From Cyanophora paradoxa CCMP329 (Eukaryota > Plantae > Glaucophyta): a DNA stretch of 28,152 nucleotides. Below are positions 12,071 through 23,235 of this stretch, piece by piece. Below the pieces are notes generated by a model. That model searched no databases. It saw only the letters and a program-made list of their open reading frames with translations, and was not told the origin of the DNA. Location of the stretch: positions 1-28,152 of the forward strand of contig QPMI01000598.1 in NCBI GenBank assembly GCA_004431415.1, written 5' to 3'. The position numbers and the translations under genes are program-made. Position 1 is the stretch's first letter; the number at the start of each line of letters is the position of its first letter.

Positions 12071-12774
12071 GTGCACTCATAATTATAAGATGTCAGTAAG
12101 AGGAGTTTAAGTACAGCCCGCTGCAGCTCCAAAAGAAGCTATGCATCAGCTAGTCTTGTGGCTAGCCCTGTGGGTTTCTCTGCAGCTGCAAACTTCAGAA
12201 GGAGCATCTACCCGTCCATGAGAGGACAATAATGCTCTGGAAGAGCATCAGAGGACAAGTGCGAAGTAAATTTGCCAGGGGGTCAGGGCACACACACCCT
12301 CGAGAAAATGAGCCAGACAAATCCAAACTTCCCGCATATCACTCCTCCGGGGCTTGATGATTATCCTCCAGTTGGACTCGACTGTGCTTTCGGTCGAGGA
12401 GAAGACACAAATCTAGAGAGAGTGTGAGGCTAAAAAAAATCGACACAAATCGGATCTTCAGACTCACAGGATGGCCATACACCTCACTGGCTGCAATCAG
12501 CGTATAATGATCTCCCCACATGACACGTTTCAAACTGAACGGAGTTTGCGTCACGCCCCGCCCATTGTTAACTTCTTCCGCCAATGAAATTAGCCCAGCG
12601 CAAACTTGAGCTCGAACTTGGCCTCGTACACAGTGGCGTACACACGCGGCCACAACGGTCACAGTAACGGTCAGCAGGCCGGCTTGCTAGTCAGCTTCCC
12701 TCGGCTAGGCCGGACTAGCTAGCTTCCCGCCATCGCGCACGCCCGAGCGCGAGCATTCCTGCACGCCGCCGTGC

Positions 12775-14692
12775 ATGAAGCAGTCAAAGCGAAAGGAACC
12801 CAGCCTCTGGGATGACGGCTTCGACGAGGCCGACGTCGGCACCGCTGGCACGGCAAGCGACCCGACAGCAGCAGCTCGTGGGCCGGCAAGGGCAACATGA
12901 AGCGTGTCAACAAGATCACTCAGCAGGCGCGCAAGGCGAAGGAGCCCAAGCTCCCTGACCTCGACATCCTCAAGGGCGAGCACCCCGCGGCAACGGTCCG
13001 CTGCCTGGACACCAGCGGCCGCGCCTACCACGTTCGCCTTGGCGACTTCGTCATCTGTTCAGTTAGCTCAGACACCCAGCTGTGTCCAGAACTCAGCGTC
13101 GTTCGCCGAAGCCCTTCCATTTCCCGCGCCCAGGTGAAACGATTTTGGCGCGAGTCGAGGGCGAGTTCCCAACACAGACGAAGGCGAAGCGCGGCGACTT
13201 CAACTACTCCGTCAACGGCGTCATCCTTCGGCGCTTCGTGCGCCCGGAGGACTCCGATGTGAAGGACTGCGGCTCGGCAGCGTGATCATCAAGGCAGACG
13301 GGGAGCAGGCAGCCGTGGCCATCGCAAACCACCTCATCTACTACTCGAACGTGACGGTCCGCCGCCGCGCCCGCGCCCCGTTCCAGCGTCCGATGCCCGT
13401 GCGCGCAGGTTCACGCACCCGCGAAGGTGGTGGCCGCGGACGAGTACAAAGCCCTCAACCACGCCGATCCCCACATCTACGTCTGTAAGCAAATCATGAC
13501 GTTCCGGGCGACGGCTCCTTCCAGTTCGACGTCGCCCTCGCCTTCAACGCGAGGCTCAAGCGAGTGGCGAAGAAGAAGATGGCGTGCTTCCTCCGGCCGC
13601 TGTCGAGGCCGGAGGAGCGCGTGAGGCGATTGGCTACCTTCAGGACGCCGCCGCGAACGCCCTCAAGCGCCGGAAGACCGGGACGCAGCTTGTCAACGTC
13701 AAGATCCCGGTGGCCGGGCCGGCAATGTTGGTCTGCGGCTCTTATGACTCGTTCGAAGTTCTTTTTCCTATCCTCTAACGGTGCGCATCGCAGGAGAACA
13801 TCGTGGCGCAGGTCGCGCACGTCGCCACGCCCATCGACCCGAAGACGGGCCAGCCGATCCCGGTTGACAAGCTGCCGGCGGCGAATCGCTTCGTTATCGA
13901 GCTTCCGGACCGCGAGACCGCTGCTGGTGGAAGCCGCTTCCTTTTTCCCGCTCGCTGTTCTTTTTCCGACCTCTTTGCAGCTGTTCTCGGTCCCTCCGGC
14001 GTGGCGCAAGCGTCCAAGCGCGTCTGCAAGCGGGACGCGGACGGGAAGGCGATCCGGAAGCACAGCGAGATGCAGACCGTCACCGTCGAGAAGGCGTACG
14101 GCGGCTTAATCGTGCCGCGCCACACGGGCTCCCATGACGTCGTCCAGTTCGACGAGCGTGCGCCCGGCCCGCCCTCGCCGCGCCGCTCGCTTACGAAGCT
14201 CTGCTCCTTGGGCGCGGCAGGTCCCGGTCGGATCGTGGCCACGAAGCGCTCGGGCAGGAAAGGTGGGCACGTCACGCTCGAGCTTCCGAGCTACGAGTAC
14301 GGCCCCGACGGCGAGCGCATCGCCAGCCTCGCGGGGCCCCTCGCGGCTGTCCCGTGAAGCGCCCGCGCCGGTGCCGCGCCGGCGCCAACACCGTCGCCAA
14401 GGCGCCGCCTGTCCCCGAAGCAGCCCCTTCAGAACCTGCCGCCGCCGCCCTGCCGGCCCCGCCGCCGCCGCCCTGCCGGCCCCGCCGTCGCCGCCCCGCC
14501 GGCCCCCGCCGCCGCCGCCCTGCCGGCCGCCGCCGCCGCCGCCCCGCCCGCCCGCCCCGCCGGTCGCCGCCCTGTCGGCCCCTGCTGCTGCTGCCCCACC
14601 GGCCGCTGCCGCCCTACCTGCCCCCGCCGCATCCGCCTCGGTCCCCAAGTGCGCCCCTCCCCTCGCCCCCGCTCGGCTACTTGCTCGCCTAA
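12775..14692 (+). CDS. BAH-domain protein with uncharacterised middle region and Pro-rich tail, spliced
   Basis: YHVRLGDFVICS|..ILARVEG..VILRRFVRPEDS..NHLIYYSN|..KVVAADEY..PHIYVCKQIM is the ordered BAH motif series. Start may be 12775 or 12897; stop 14357 or 14692 depending on indels. Confidence 0.75.
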
Positions 14693-14805
14693 TCCTGCAG
14701 CAGGAAGGATCGCGCGGCACAGCTCGCGGCCGCGGTGGCGGCGCGCAAGAGGGCAAAGTCGTGAAGCTGCTACTGAGAATCGCACTATCTAGGTTACAAG
14801 GTGCG

Positions 14806-17800
14806 CTATGTCTGGTCCAAATCCATTTCGTCTATTTCCCCCTCCGCTAGATCGTCTGCTAGAACCTCTGCTAGGGCCCTATCATCGAAATCGAGCATGT
14901 TGGCGCCCTCATCCTCCGCCTCCATCTCCTCCTCCGCCTCCTCCTCTGCCTCGGCGTCGTACTCGGCGGTCTCCTCCTCCTCCTCCTCCTCGTCCCGCTC
15001 TCCTCGGGCACCTCGTCCTCCGGCACCGGATCCCCCTCCTGCAGCTCAATATCCTCGTCGATCTCCTCCTCGTCCGCAGGCAGGGGCACCGCTGCCACCT
15101 CCTCGCCCCCGGCGGCGCCGCCGCCGCCCTTCGCCCTGCATAGCCGCTGACCGGTGGGACGGGCCGCAGGTCGGGGATGAAGGGCCCATCTGGCCAGGCC
15201 TTGGCGGCGACGGGCGCGTCGTACTCGGCGTGGGCAGCGTCCTTCCGCCGGCGCTCGCCTCCGTCATGTTCCGCATCCACAGCGCCAGGCGCCGCCGCTG
15301 GTGCGTCATGATCTGCTTGAGCATGTCGAGGTCCTTGTTCCACCCGCCACCGAGAGACGTGACGGTGTGTCGCAGGCGCCGAAGGAGGCCCATGTAGGAC
15401 TCGATGACCTCGCAGCTCCAACGGCCGGGCGCGTTCGTGTTGTCGACGCGCGCCCAGAACGCGAGGTGCGCAAGCGTCGAGTGCATGTAGCGTGTGAAGA
15501 TCTTCCATAACGGGAAGTGTGTCTCCATCAGGCCCTGGAGCTCGGCGACGGCCTCGATAACTTGCTGCCGCGCCTCCTCGTCGGGCTTCATGTTCCGCTC
15601 GTACTGGTAGATGATCTGGCGGAGCTGCCAAATCTCGTGCATGCCCTCGTCTTCTCGCTCCAGCTCTCCTTACTGTCGCCGAAGCAGATGCTGAAGAGGG
15701 TGTCGGGCGCCTCGGGTCCTCCAGGATCTTCTTGGCGGTGTTGGCGGAGATCTTCTGGAAGAACTTGTAGGTGGCCCCGTTCTCGGTCTTCTCGAACTTG
15801 ATGTTCCGCGCGTATTTATCGCGAAGATGACGCTGCAGGTCTTCGATGCGCTTCTGCTGGTCCTCGGAGGCACCACAGGCGAGGGCGAGGAAGAAGTAGA
15901 CGAAGAACCCGGCCACCCAGCTCTTGATGCCGTGCAGGGCGTCGTCGAGCCGGACCTGAGGTGCGCGTTGGCGTCCGCTGAGGCGAGGTGTCGCGGGCTT
16001 CTCACCTCGACGGCAGCGACGGGCAGCATGCTGTTCGGAGCGGCTGCAGGAGGGCGTTGGCGTCGTGCTCGGGGTGCGGATTCTCTGTTCGCTGGCTGGA
16101 GGGAGGCCGTCCCGATCCCGCGGCCCTGCTGCGCGCACGACTTCGACCGCCGAGCACTCGGACCTGCAGTAACGTGAGCCCCATGCCGAATCTCAGCGCG
16201 TGTGACTCGGCGAACTGACCCGCGTCGGTGGACAGAATCGCAGTGCGGGCACAGGTCGAAGCCGAGGAGGACGCGGAGGAACTTGTAGTCGCCCGTCACC
16301 AAGAATTCGACCTCGACGGGCTTGTCGTGCTCGTACCCGGGATCAGGGTGAGCGGGTTCTCGTTCAGGTACTCGACCATGTCGGCGAGGGCTTGATGCGT
16401 GGGCGCAGGTTCTCCTCGCTGTCGCTACCGCCGAAGAGCATTAGGGGCAGGAGGGCGTAGCAGCTCTGAACGCCCTTCAGCGGGTGGTACGCCTGCGTCC
16501 CGTCCTCCTCGATGACGTAGTAGCCGTCGACGATTGCCACGATGCAGGTCATGCCGTCGGTCGTGGAGACGCTCTTCCGCGGAACGCGATCGTCCCGTCG
16601 CCCGCCAGGCGGACTCGAGGTCTGATCTTCTTCCCCCTGTGCTTGTGCAGCGGGACGAAAGCGCTGATGAGGGCCGACAGGGCGGGCGTCGGCGTGACAG
16701 CTCTGCGGGGCGGCGGCGCTGCCGCCTCTCCGCCCGCCGCCGGCGCTGCGCCTCTCCGCCCGCCGCCGGCGCTGCGCTCGACGGAGGCACAAAGAGCTCG
16801 AGCATGACGCCCGGCTTGCCCTTGTTCTCCTCGTCGCCGACGCCCGCCGCTGTTTCGACGATCTGCACGATCTGCACCGCTCGTGAGCCTCGTCCCTCAC
16901 CCCGCCCGCGCGCGCGCGCCGCGCCTTCTCGAGGTCATCGTTGACCTTGCCCGTAGCTTCGTGATGCAGTGCTTCGACGGGAGGAAGGCTCGCAGCCCCA
17001 CGAAGTGCTTCTTCAGGGCCTTCTTGAGGAGCTTCGTGAACTCAAAGTACGTCGCCTGCCCGGTCGGTTTAGAACGGGATGGGGGTTAAAACATTCGAGA
17101 AAGGGCGCACGTCCGAGATGCAGTGGCGGTCCTTCCACTCTAGAATCTCGCAGTCGGGAAGGTGTCCCGCAGCTTCCTGCAGGCGATGCTCATCGCCTTC
17201 TTCACTTGCAGCTGACCCGATTTGCTCGTTTCCAGGGCTCGTTGGGCCTGCGGACGGTGGTTCAGAAAGGTGCTCTTCTCCAACGATTTTGTAGCCTATT
17301 AAAGTACGATTCTCGGTAGCTCTTTTTATGTATAATAACGCGCACTGCGTGTGGCCCGATGATGCTCACGAGGCGGCGTGCCTCCGCCTCCAGCGCCTCC
17401 CTCCTCTTCTGATAGGCGCCCTCCTCCTCTCCTTTGTTCCTGGGCGCCCTGGATAAGCATGCATATGCCTGCGCGCGCGCCGCCCCGCCTTGTACCTCGC
17501 GAAGTTCTTTTTAAACATGGGAGGCGGATCTGGATGTCCGGACTCGCAGCGTTTAGAATCGTCGAGAGCAGCATGCGGAGGAACCGCGTGCGCCGCTGCC
17601 TGGACGTATCCGAGCATCCCTTCCCAGGACCTGCCTAGCTATGCGCGAGATGGTCGCTGCACGCTGTGCCGAAGTCCGCGGGACCTTGGCGCGCTTCGAC
17701 TGGTGCTCCTCCCTAAGCTTCTTGTTCTCCGCCTCAAGCACTGCGATGCGCTCGTCGCGCGCTTTGAGCGTCGCCTTGCGGACGATCCGCTCCTCAGGCG

Positions 17801-17880
17801 GCACATCTTCCTTGCCGCGAGCGCGTTTCGGGGCGGTGCCGGGCCGGGGGCCGGCCGCGGCGCCGGGCTCGGCGCCTCAT
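14806..17880 (-). CDS. RAG1/Transib-family DDE transposase/recombinase, spliced, with acidic C-terminal tail
   Basis: In order: WKDRHCISD|ATYFEF..LPSKHCITKLR; VRLAGDG (D at about 16597); QSCYALLPLMLFGGSDSEENL; FLVTGDYKFLRVLLGFDLCPHC (D at about 16288); DDALH (about 15935); TRYMHSTLAH...GRWSCEVIESYMGLLRRLR (E at about 15400); stop TAG at 14806-14808. Core 15300-17260 is well supported; the 5' extent to 17880 is uncertain. Confidence 0.85.
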
Positions 17881-17941
17881 TAAGAACTGCATTCGTCTGC
17901 TCGCGGCCGGGCAGAGAGCATACACTCGTAAGCGCGGCAAG

Positions 17942-18280
17942 TCAAGTCATGACATCGAATTTGAATGAGCGGCATACCACGTCGGCGCCGAACGCGCGAC
18001 GACCGCGCTGCTGCTGCTGCTCTGGGCTAATCTGAGGCGATTGCGGGCTCGCTGGAGCCGATGGCGACCCGGGTGGCGAAGCTGGAGGGCTCTGCAGGAT
18101 GCACTGGAGGAACACAGCCACTGCGGTGGCCTCTTGAAGCGCCGCCGTGCAAGCTAAGCTATGCGGATACAATGGAGACGCAATGCCGCGCGCCTCCAGT
18201 TCCAGGGTGGCGTTTCGGCTGTGGGTGAGCACTGCGATGATCCGCATAAGCGCCTGGTACGCGACCGACGCGTCCGCCAT
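17942..18280 (-). CDS. Small hypothetical protein (MADASVAYQALMRII...SP-rich)
   Basis: Open frame with a real ATG and protein-like composition directly upstream of the transposase on the same strand; no recognisable domain. Confidence 0.35.
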   Translation of the reverse strand: MADASVAYQALMRIIAVLTHSRNATLELEARGIASPLYPHSLACTAALQEATAVAVFLQCILQSPPASPPGSPSAPASPQSPQISPEQQQQRGRRAFGADVVCRSFKFDVMT

Positions 18281-18712
18281 CTCTAAAACGACTGCTGCGG
18301 GCGCTGGAAACGTTTGGGCGCGGGCTGGGCCGCGGGACGGGGCGCGATGGGTCGCTGCATCGCGCGGCGGGTTCAAAACTCGGAAAAAAGATCGCGTGTA
18401 CCTCCCCTGCCATCTGCGGAAGCGGCAGCTCCGAGCGCCGCGAGCAAGCATACACATCCGCGACAGTTAGGCGCCGAAGAGCAGCAGGCGAGCCAGCATG
18501 CGCGATAATGCGCAATTGCGATGCATAGCTACCTTAGGCGAAGCGGCTGGTCCACCCGCGCGGTCCTTGCCGGCCGCGATGCTCGCTCGTCGATATGGTA
18601 TGACGCGCTAAGCAAGGGAGCATGCCCAGACTGGGTACGCAAACTGCTGAACGTCCAACTCCAGCTGAACGCCCTGCAGCTGGTGGGCCTGAAGCAGCCT
18701 CAAGCGTTAGCT

Positions 18713-19486
18713 ATGTCGCATCGACAGTGTAGCTATGTTAGCTGTGGAGCGAAGCATATGCCCGCTGACTACGTGTCCGAGGAGGAGGACCAGGAGGAGA
18801 CCATCAACGCGCCGTGCAATCGCCCAATGACTTCGTCTGTCATCGAGATCAACAGCAGCGACTCGGAGAGCGATGGACCAGCGGCAGCGCGCCGAGCGCA
18901 GGGCGCGCATGAAGGCGGACGAGGAGCGCGCGCTCGAGGAGGAGGATGAGATCAGGCGGCGCCACCAGGCAGCTTTGGAGGTCAACCTCGCAATAGAGCG
19001 CGACTCGGTGAGGCCATACAAGCTGGCCGAGCTCAAGCAGTTGCTGGAGTACGCGCGCGCGTGGATGCGCGAGCACGAGCAGCTGTACGAGCAGTTCGAG
19101 GTCGCGCTGGCGCACAACAACCTCCTCGAGGCCATTAACCTGCGTCGGAGATCCGCAAGCACCGCAGCACGGCGCGCTTCTGCGGCAGGACCCCTCGGCT
19201 CTACGAGGAGGCGGCCTTCAAGCCTCTCTATGACAACGTGACGGCCTTGCAGCGGCGGGCGGGGCAGATGGAGCATTTCGGCGACAATCTCTTCAAGTGC
19301 GCGGAGCACTTCCAGCGGGTGCGCATCCGGCAGCAGCAGGCGGCGGCGGCGGCGGCGGCGGAGGCGGCGGAGGCGGCGGCGGAGGCGGACGGGGCTGCTG
19401 CTGCTGCTCGGTGCAAGCGCCGCCGCCTGCGTCGCGGCGACGGCGTGCTCGTCTCGCGGCCGGACGATGCCGACGACGAAGCGTAG
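18713..19486 (+). CDS. Hypothetical helical/coiled-coil protein with SIM-like motif
   Basis: Overlapping frames join into ...VIEINSSDSESD...ERALEEEDEIRRRHQAALEVNL...QQQAAAAAAAEAAE...KRRRLRR...DDEA*; probable intron near 19141-19188. Confidence 0.55.
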
Positions 19487-19496
19487 CGCCGTTAGC

Positions 19497-19747
19497 CGCC
19501 CCGCCCGCCGTTAGCCGCCCCGCCCGCCGGCCCCGCCCCGCCCGCCGGCCCCGCCCCGCCCCGCCGGCCCCGCCCCGCCCGCCCGCCCGCCCCCGCCCGC
19601 CCGCCCCGCCCGCCCCCGCCCGCCCCGCCCGCCCGCCCCGCCCCGCCCGCCCGCCGCCCCGCCCCCGCCCGCCCCGCCCCGCCCGCCCCGCCCCGCCGCC
19701 GGCCCCCGCCCCGCCGGCCCCGCCCCGCCCCGCCGGTCGCCGCCCTG
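19497..19747. repeat. Low-complexity (CCGC/CCCCG)n tract, G-quadruplex-prone on the minus strand
   Basis: About 250 nt almost entirely C/G, with runs of 2-5 C. Confidence 0.9.
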
Positions 19748-20933
19748 CCGGCGACGGCGTCCTCGTCTCGCGGCCGGACGATGTCTGCAGCTAGAGTCAC
19801 CAGCTGCAGTCTGCACCTGGCTTGAATACGACAGATTTACTAGTTATTCTGCTATCGTGCGCGCACCGTGCACCGTGGCACCGTGGCACTCAGTGACTAC
19901 CGAGAGTGGCGGGCGGGCTGGCGGGGCGGGCTGACAGGGCGGGGCGCCTGGCGGGACAGTCGGGGCCTCCGGACACTCTGGCAGTCCGGGGCCTCGGAGC
20001 CTATTTTCGCGCCATACAAGGCCTCCCCGACCCTGCAGCTGCATAGGAGGCCTTATATAGTGCTTTAAAAAGGTTCTCTAAGCTTTTTCGATGTCTCCCA
20101 GCTCCTGGGCGATGGGCCCAATTTGGAAGGGCCAAAAGTCAGCAGAAGACTAGCTGTAACGTAGTGTATAGGCGTATGATGAGTCATATGGTATGACGGG
20201 TTAAATGGGCCCATCGCGGGGCTTTGTGCAGGGCACTAAATAACGCCGTGTGACGCCTCTACATCTTGAATAAAAAGTTCTAATCAAGATACGAGGCTGC
20301 CGTGCTTCAATCGCAAGCCTCGGAGTGCAGATTCCCTGCAGATCAAAAATTGCGAACGCGATACCGGGGTCGCCGCGCGCTCGCAGCCTTGCGAAACCTT
20401 GAGAGCGGATAAGATTGCCGCCGACAGCGAGCCCAGCTCCCGCTCGCAGTGCAGCCGCGCGCTTAAGGCGCCGGCCAGCCACTTGGCCCGGCTGCAGCTG
20501 CTCCGGCACGGGCGGCCTCAGCCAGCCGGCACCATGCTATCGCAGCTTCAGCCATGAGCCTCGGAGAGGGCGGAAGTCTCCGAGGCTCGGTCCGCGATCC
20601 AGGGCAGGCGTGCGTATGTTCCAAGTTCGCGGCGAGGGCGTGCGCCTCGCCGAATCGTTGTCGCGGCGTGCGCCTCGCCAGGTGTACTACAGTGCCACAG
20701 TGCCACGTTGTCGAAAGCGCGAGCCGCTCAGTCAGCCGAGTTTCCTCCGCTGCCAACCGGGTACGCATACGCCCGGCCCGGCCCGGCATGCCACGAGAGC
20801 GCCCGCGGCGCTTCACGCGGTCTTCCTTCATCTCCGTGACCCGCTTCTGCGAGACGAGGTCGGTGGGGCAGCGGCTGCTTGCCGCAGTGCATGGATTGCC
20901 AGCCCCAGGTGCGAGGCCTTGACTCATCCCGAG

Positions 20934-21085
20934 CTTCCCGAGCAGATTACCAGGCGCGCCGGCGTAGCTCAGCGCCGATTGGGTCTGGCACGGTCCGCCT
21001 TTGCGGCCGACCCCGGTTCCGTGCCCAAGCCGTTCCGACCTTCCCGAGCAGATTACCAGGCGCGCCGGGCGCACCTAGCTCAGCG
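20934..21085. repeat. Direct repeat pair CTTCCCGAGCAGATTACCAGGCGCGCCGG...TAGCTCAGCG
   Basis: 29-bp exact copies starting at 20934 and 21040. Confidence 0.85.
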
Positions 21086-21231
21086 TCGCCGAGCTTATAG
21101 GCTAGGCTTGCTCGGAGGCTCCGGATGCACGCACAGTTAGCCAACCCAGCCGCGCCCCGCGTCCCCGCCCGGCTGTCGTGTGGCGACGCATGCGCAAAAG
21201 GAACACAAATTTTTCTCATCCGATGAGAGCT

Positions 21232-22927
21232 CTAGCTATGCAGGACGAAGCGAGCGGCCGGGGCTAGCGCCCGATGGCGGCGCCTCGAAAGGCGACGTCT
21301 CCGCGGCACAGCAGCGTGTAGCTGCTGGACCGCGGCGACCCACCCTGCGACCCTAGGCCCCCGGGGTTCCCGCATGAGCACGTCCCTCATGTAGAGATAC
21401 TCGATAACGGCCTCCAGCTCCTCCACCTCCTTTATGTACATGCGCTCCTCCTTCCGCCACACCTTCGCCTCACGCTCCAACTCCAAGTCCCAATTCCTCT
21501 TCATCCTTGAGACCTGCGCCGCGCCGCGTTACGCGCCAGCGGCGCACGCACGCGTGTGGGCAATCGCGGACCTTGTTTCCAAGTCATCCACCTTCGTCTG
21601 CAGCGCAGCGTTCTGGTTCTGCAGCTCCTCGCACTCCTCTTCGAGGTTTTTGACCCGAGTCGCTCTCTGCGGCGCCGGAGGGACCGCCGTCAGCAGCGCA
21701 TTGCGGCGCCGGCGGCGCGGGCGGCGCGGCGGCCGGCGGCTCACCAGACTGGCGTTGAGCTGCATCATCTCCTTCTCCAGCTGAGCGATCTTCTCCTCCC
21801 GTTGAGCGATCTGCCGCTGCTTCTCCCTGTTGGCCCACCGCAGATCAGGGAGCTCCCGCTCCAGGGAGCTGCACTTCTGTTGGAGCTCCTCACGCTGCGC
21901 CGGTGCACGGAGGAACACGTCGACTTTCGCCTTCAGTTGATTGGCGAGCTCCGCGCCAGTTAGACCCTTGTCTAGGACATCCTGCGGCCCGAATCAGCGA
22001 GGCAAGCTGCGGGCGAAGCGCACGGCGGCGTGAAACGGCGCGCGCACACGCTGCTGAAGGTACTCGATCGCTTCAAGGAGCTTGGACGCCATGCGAACCG
22101 CATCGGAAACCCGCTTGCAGCCGGTGAGCCTCCGATAGAGTGCGGCGTCCTCCTCCTCGATGCGAAAGCGGTGCCGCCCGGGCTTGTCCCAGGGGGTGAA
22201 TCGATCTTCCTCCTCGCCCGTCATCTCGACATCGCACTTGCGCCGCTTGCACTGCTGCTTGGTGGACGTGGCGGCTTCTTCGGGCTGGCTTCTTCGCGGC
22301 TGAGCTGGCAGGCGACGGCGCGACAGAGGGATCGTCCATATACCGCTCCATGGCAACGAAGGGATCCTCATATTGCTCGCTCGGTGCCGCCGCGGGCGAA
22401 GGCTGGGAGGTCGCCGCCGCTGCCCGCTTGCGACTCACGCGCTAGGCATGTCCACGGGGTCGCTGGCGAGGCCGCTGCCGCCGGCGGCTGCGTGCGTGGA
22501 GGCGTGGCGGCTGATCATGCGAAGGCTGCGATTGCGAGGGCGCAGCTACTACCCGCTTGCGACGCGGCGATCAGGCGTGTACACGGGGTCGCTGATGAGG
22601 CAGCTGCGACAGGCGGCGTACACGGCTGTACAGGCGTACCCCCCCCAAAGGCGTCCCTGGCGTCTCACAGCAGCCGCTGCCGGGGCTCTGCTCGAGCTCT
22701 GAGCGTACTGGCGAGACTTGTGGGAGTCGCTCCCGCCCGCCGGCTCCGCCGCGGAGGCGCCAGCGCGACCGCGGCCGTCGCATGCGCAGCTGGCGCTGCA
22801 TGCGCAGGCTGAACGACTTGCTCGCTCAAAGCTGCGTCGCCAAAGTCGTCTGGATTCACGTCCTCGCCGAGGTCGTCCTGGCTGCCGCAGGTGCTGCCGC
22901 CAATCTGGCCGTGCCGCGGCCTGCCAT
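21232..22927 (-). CDS. Spliced hypothetical coiled-coil protein
   Basis: Exon-like frames RFRIEEEDAALYRRL..KLLEAIEYLQQ; EELQQKCSSLEREL..EEKIAQLEKEMMQLN; VKNLEEECEELQNQNAALQTKVDDLE; YIKEVEELEAVIEYLY, separated by short GC-rich introns. Ends approximate. Confidence 0.6.
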
Positions 22928-23235
22928 CGCTGGCGCCGCCCAGCCACGCTCTAATGGAACCGAACGCTGAGCCGACCTGGCAGACAGCACAGAGAGCGGC
23001 ATCTCGATCGCCGAACGCTAAGCTATAAGCGCTTTTGCTTTTCCCGCGCAAGTCCGTGGCTGGCCGCAATCTAGCTGCAGCTGGCCGTGGCTTGGAAGGG
23101 GGGGAGATGGCTTGGGGGGATATAGAATTTGGTCTAGCCAGCTCGAACTCGAACTCAGCCGGCTGATAGCCGCCGTGACACGGCCGTGTTCAAAATTCAA
23201 ATTCCATCCATTGTTAAAGCTCGCGAACTAGCGGG

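Noticed and set aside
13564-14850. Partner gene as a RAG2 homologue
   Set aside because: No kelch repeats or PHD Cys/His pattern visible; the recognisable domain is BAH.
20415-21219. Overlapping 200-240 aa ORFs on both strands
   Set aside because: No recognisable motifs or convincing splice structure; a coding frame cannot be chosen.
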